Assembly: GCA_044345055.1 (NCBI GenBank) | Contig: JBIJBT010000028.1 | Coordinates: 1 to 32,329, forward strand | Source: Bdellovibrionota bacterium | Lineage (GTDB): Bacteria; Bdellovibrionota_C; UBA2361; OMIW01 | DNA length: 32,329 nucleotides | Direction: 5' to 3' | Shown: piece by piece, positions 29,091 to 32,329 of the stretch | How the letters are laid out: each line of letters begins with the position of its first letter | How positions within the stretch are numbered: position 1 is the first letter of the stretch | The notes under the pieces: model-generated | The model's database searches: none | Told to the model about the DNA's origin: nothing | What the model saw: only the letters and a program-made list of their open reading frames with translations | Translations under genes and position numbers: made by a program

Positions 29091-30467
29091 ATGTACAACG
29101 GAAGATTGCACTTTCATTTCACAGGCGTTGGCGGCTCCGGAATGTCCGGTTTAGCCGAGATTCTTCTTAATCTTGGCTATCGGGTGTCCGGTTCTGATCT
29201 GAGAGATTCGGCGGTTGTGCAGCGGTTGCGACGATTGGGGGCTACTGTAGCGATTGGGCACACACCGGAGAATCTACCGGAGGAAGCGTCTCTTGTGGTG
29301 TTTTCGTCGGCGGTTGCGGGTGATAATCCTGAAATTTCAGAGGCGCGACGGCGAGGATTGCCGGTGATTCGTCGTGCAGAGGTGCTCGCAGAGTTGATTC
29401 GGTTAAAATATGGGGTTGTTGTAGCGGGCTCGCACGGTAAGACGACGACGACCGCGATGATCGGGCGAATTCTTGAGGTCGGAGGCAAGGACCCCACGAT
29501 AATTTTGGGCGGAACCTTGAGCTCCTCAGGAGGAGGGGGGATTCTCGGACGGGGTGATTTTCTTGTCGCTGAATCCGATGAGAGTGATAGGAGTTTTCTC
29601 CTGCTTTCCCCCGCGATAGCGATTGTTACCAATATCGATGCAGAGCACCTCGGTGCATATGGTAGTTTAGAAGAGCTGGAGCGGTCGTTTTCGCAGTTTC
29701 TTCACGCAGTGCCGTTTTACGGATTAGCCGTACTCTGCGCTGATGATGCGAGGGTCATGGCGCTAGCGGCCACTCTCGAGCGTCGGATGATTACGTACGG
29801 ATTTTCGCAGCACGCGCAGCTTTCAGCGATGGATATTTCATTTGCACCAGGTTCAAGCACATTTACTCTCACCAAAGAGGGCGTAGCTGTTGAAACGCTA
29901 ACCTTGCCGATGCCTGGTCGTCACATGGTGCTAAATGCGCTCGCTGCCTGCGCCGTCGGTCTTGAGGTTGGTGTCACGATTGAGGATATCAAGAAGGCGC
30001 TTGCGACCCTTCCACGCATCGGACGTCGTATGGAGGTGCTTGCCCAGAAAAATGATATCACCGTGATTAGCGATTATGGTCATCATCCAACCGAGATTGG
30101 TGCGACTCTCGCAGCGGTGCGCGATTCTTGGATGCAGGCGCATCGGCGGTTGCGGGTCGTATTTGAACCACATCGTTTCTCCCGCACGAAGGATTGTTAC
30201 AAGCAGTTTTTGGATGCCTTCGGAGCCGCGGATGAGCTGATTATGGGTGATATTTACGCTGCCGGAGAGCCGCCAATAGACGGTATTTCTGGAGAGAGGC
30301 TTTTTGAAGAGATTCGACATACTAGCAAGCGGTGGGTTCCGAAGTTGGGAGATGTGCCGACGCTTCTTCAGAATGAGGTGGAAGCAGGCGATCTGATTCT
30401 CTTCATGGGAGCGGGTCCAATTGGAGGGGTCGGTGAACAGTTTGCGCAATCGGTTCGGGAGCGGTGA
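29091..30467 (+). CDS. murC: UDP-N-acetylmuramate--L-alanine ligase
   Basis: HFTGVGGSGMSGLA, RRAEVLAEL, GSHGKTTTT, ESDESDRSF, TNIDAEHL, DYGHHPTEI, FEPHRFSRT; RBS GGAGG. Confidence 0.97.
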   Translation: MYNGRLHFHFTGVGGSGMSGLAEILLNLGYRVSGSDLRDSAVVQRLRRLGATVAIGHTPENLPEEASLVVFSSAVAGDNPEISEARRRGLPVIRRAEVLAELIRLKYGVVVAGSHGKTTTTAMIGRILEVGGKDPTIILGGTLSSSGGGGILGRGDFLVAESDESDRSFLLLSPAIAIVTNIDAEHLGAYGSLEELERSFSQFLHAVPFYGLAVLCADDARVMALAATLERRMITYGFSQHAQLSAMDISFAPGSSTFTLTKEGVAVETLTLPMPGRHMVLNALAACAVGLEVGVTIEDIKKALATLPRIGRRMEVLAQKNDITVISDYGHHPTEIGATLAAVRDSWMQAHRRLRVVFEPHRFSRTKDCYKQFLDAFGAADELIMGDIYAAGEPPIDGISGERLFEEIRHTSKRWVPKLGDVPTLLQNEVEAGDLILFMGAGPIGGVGEQFAQSVRER

Positions 30468-30490
30468 TTTATTGGTGGCAGGCAGCTTGA

Positions 30491-31420
30491 ATGGGGAGAG
30501 TGTGCGTGGCAAGCGAGCACGATGAAGTTGGTCTGCTATTGGAGCAGTGTGCGGGTTTGTCGGTGAGACGTGGTGTGCCGGGAGATCGGTGCACCACCTT
30601 TGCGATTGGGGGTCCGATTGCTTACCTGGTTGAGCCCGCAGATATCGGGTCTCTGTGTTCGCTAATTAGTGCTTTGAACCGTCAGGGTTTCCTCTATCGC
30701 GTCCTTGGAGCAGGAAGTAATCTGCTAATCGCAGATGAGGGGATTAGCGGAATAGTGATTCGCTTAGGTGCTGGTTTTCGGACAATCGATCAGAGACTCG
30801 GGGGAGTTTTCTCTATCGGTGCTGCCTCCTCAGTTATGCGGCTGGCTCGTGATATATCTGCTGCGGGTTTTGCAGGACTTGAGTTTGCTGGTGGTATCCC
30901 AGCATCGCTCGGCGGGGCGGTGGTGATGAATGCAGGTGCTCATGGGGGCGAGTTTGGAGATGTACTTGAGCGGGTAGGTGTTGTCCTTAAAGATGGTAGG
31001 TACGAAGAGATAGAGCGGAGCGATTTGAATATTTCGTATCGCCGCGGCGGGATTCCTGAGGGTGCGATAGTCGTTTCTGCTGAGTTAAAACTCACCTCTG
31101 CTGATGGCGCGGCGGTCGCTGAGAAGCGGAGCCGATTTTTGAGTCACCGAAAAGAGACTCAACCGCTTCACCTTCCATCGGCTGGCTCGGTTTTTCGAAA
31201 TCCATCGGGTTACTATGCGGGTGAGCTTATCGAACGGGTCGGTATGAAGGGAGTGCGATTCGGTGGTGCTGAAATATCCTCTCTTCACGCAAACTGGATT
31301 GTGAATACCTCACGCACAGCTACTGCAGCTGAGGTTCGTCACCTGATCGACAAAGCGATCGAGACGGTTCAACTACAACACGATGTTAAGCTTGTTCCTG
31401 AGGTGCGAATATGGTCTTGA
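30491..31420 (+). CDS. murB: UDP-N-acetylenolpyruvoylglucosamine reductase
   Basis: TTFAIGG, LGAGSNLL, GLEFAGGIPASLGGAVVMNAGAHG, PSAGSVFRNP, HANWIVN, LVPEVRI. Confidence 0.96.
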   Translation: MGRVCVASEHDEVGLLLEQCAGLSVRRGVPGDRCTTFAIGGPIAYLVEPADIGSLCSLISALNRQGFLYRVLGAGSNLLIADEGISGIVIRLGAGFRTIDQRLGGVFSIGAASSVMRLARDISAAGFAGLEFAGGIPASLGGAVVMNAGAHGGEFGDVLERVGVVLKDGRYEEIERSDLNISYRRGGIPEGAIVVSAELKLTSADGAAVAEKRSRFLSHRKETQPLHLPSAGSVFRNPSGYYAGELIERVGMKGVRFGGAEISSLHANWIVNTSRTATAAEVRHLIDKAIETVQLQHDVKLVPEVRIWS

Positions 31421-31459
31421 ATCGTTCGATGCTGATCGTAATATCGTGATAGACGGACG

Positions 31460-32311
31460 ATGGAGAAGAGGATGAAGCTGCTACGAATCATCACAATTGG
31501 GAGCCTTATTTCGGTTACAGCTGTTGCCCTAATAATTAAATCACAGGGCTCGAGCGCCTCTCCAACTCCGCAAAACGGCACAGTGTCGCGATTCATCGAG
31601 CGATCGCGAGAAGTGATGCACGAAATTTTCTATCAAAAAAGGGTCGACATCATCGGTTTAACATCAGGTGAGGGAGATAATGTGCGGCAGCTTTTGCCCG
31701 AGGATCGCTCTGTGCTTTGGTGGCACCTGAATCGCTCATCGATAGGGACAACACTCTCACAGCTACCACGAGTTGAGTCGGCAACGATTACTAGATGTCA
31801 GGGGGAGTGGAGCTTCCGGTGTTTTGAGGTTCATGTTCAGGAACGAAAGCCGGTGGCGGTTGCGCTCGTGGCTGATTACGCCTGGGTAATCGGCGCTGAC
31901 GGCGGATTTATTGAGCCACTGCCGCACGTGCGCTCAGCAGGGGATATTGAGGCATTTATCGAGGCTTCGGAAAAGCCGCTTGTAGGGGTGGTCGGATTGG
32001 GAGATGGTGACGGTGGACCGGAGCTGTTGCGTGGCAGACTCCGTTATGTTCATCAACTGATTCGAGCTATAGAGTCGGAGGTTGGTTCGTCGGTTCGGTT
32101 TGTGGAGCTTGACACAAGTGGGGAGGCTCGCGTGTTTTTCAAGGATAGAAAGTATCCAGTTCGCTTTGGTTTTTCAGGTTCGGATCTCTCGGTGGTCTCG
32201 GAGGAAGCGCGTCGATTTAAGCTTTTGCTATCTCGACTTGAGAAGCGAGATGATGTGATAAAGGAGATCGATGTCGCTTTTCAAAAGGCGGCCGTTGTCA
32301 GATTAAAATAG
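31460..32311 (+). CDS. ftsQ: FtsQ/DivIB-like cell division protein (divergent)
   Basis: Single N-terminal TM; POTRA-like LSQLPRVESATITR...VHVQERKPVA; C-terminal EIDVAFQKAAVVR resembling the FtsQ IDLR..vvv end; dcw position after murB. Confidence 0.7.
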   Translation: MEKRMKLLRIITIGSLISVTAVALIIKSQGSSASPTPQNGTVSRFIERSREVMHEIFYQKRVDIIGLTSGEGDNVRQLLPEDRSVLWWHLNRSSIGTTLSQLPRVESATITRCQGEWSFRCFEVHVQERKPVAVALVADYAWVIGADGGFIEPLPHVRSAGDIEAFIEASEKPLVGVVGLGDGDGGPELLRGRLRYVHQLIRAIESEVGSSVRFVELDTSGEARVFFKDRKYPVRFGFSGSDLSVVSEEARRFKLLLSRLEKRDDVIKEIDVAFQKAAVVRLK

Positions 32312-32329
32312 TGTTGTTTTTGAACTTGT

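Noticed and set aside
29931..30512. 193 aa antisense ORF across murC/murB
   Set aside because: Shadow of conserved genes with no recognisable features.
1..32329. CRISPR array, rRNA, intact integrase or long tandem repeats
   Set aside because: None seen on reading; short or degenerate repeats could have been missed without computation.

Overview
Chromosomal window from a Gram-negative bacterium; the Lon sequence looks deltaproteobacterial/Bdellovibrionota-like, which is inference only. The left part carries a 5'-truncated bacterial alpha-2-macroglobulin gene coupled to pbpC, then lon and tRNA-Val(TAC). Immediately 3' of the tRNA is a ~9 kb AT-richer island with a decayed IS630 transposase, a decayed excisionase-type HTH gene and an intact four-gene operon. 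That operon encodes a MotA-like protein with a long helical tail, a MotB/OmpA-like protein, an EH-signature protein and a SNF2 helicase with an Mrr-like nuclease, i.e. a type I Zorya anti-phage system (a known system, here with some sequence deviations). The right part holds an acyltransferase, 3-hydroxybutyryl-CoA dehydrogenase, a stand-alone N-terminally extended mreB, two methyltransferase-fold genes, a metallophosphoesterase, two orphan ORFs (one with a zincin HExxH motif) and a split dcw fragment murC-murB-ftsQ lacking murG and ddl. No CRISPR array, rRNA or intact integrase was seen.
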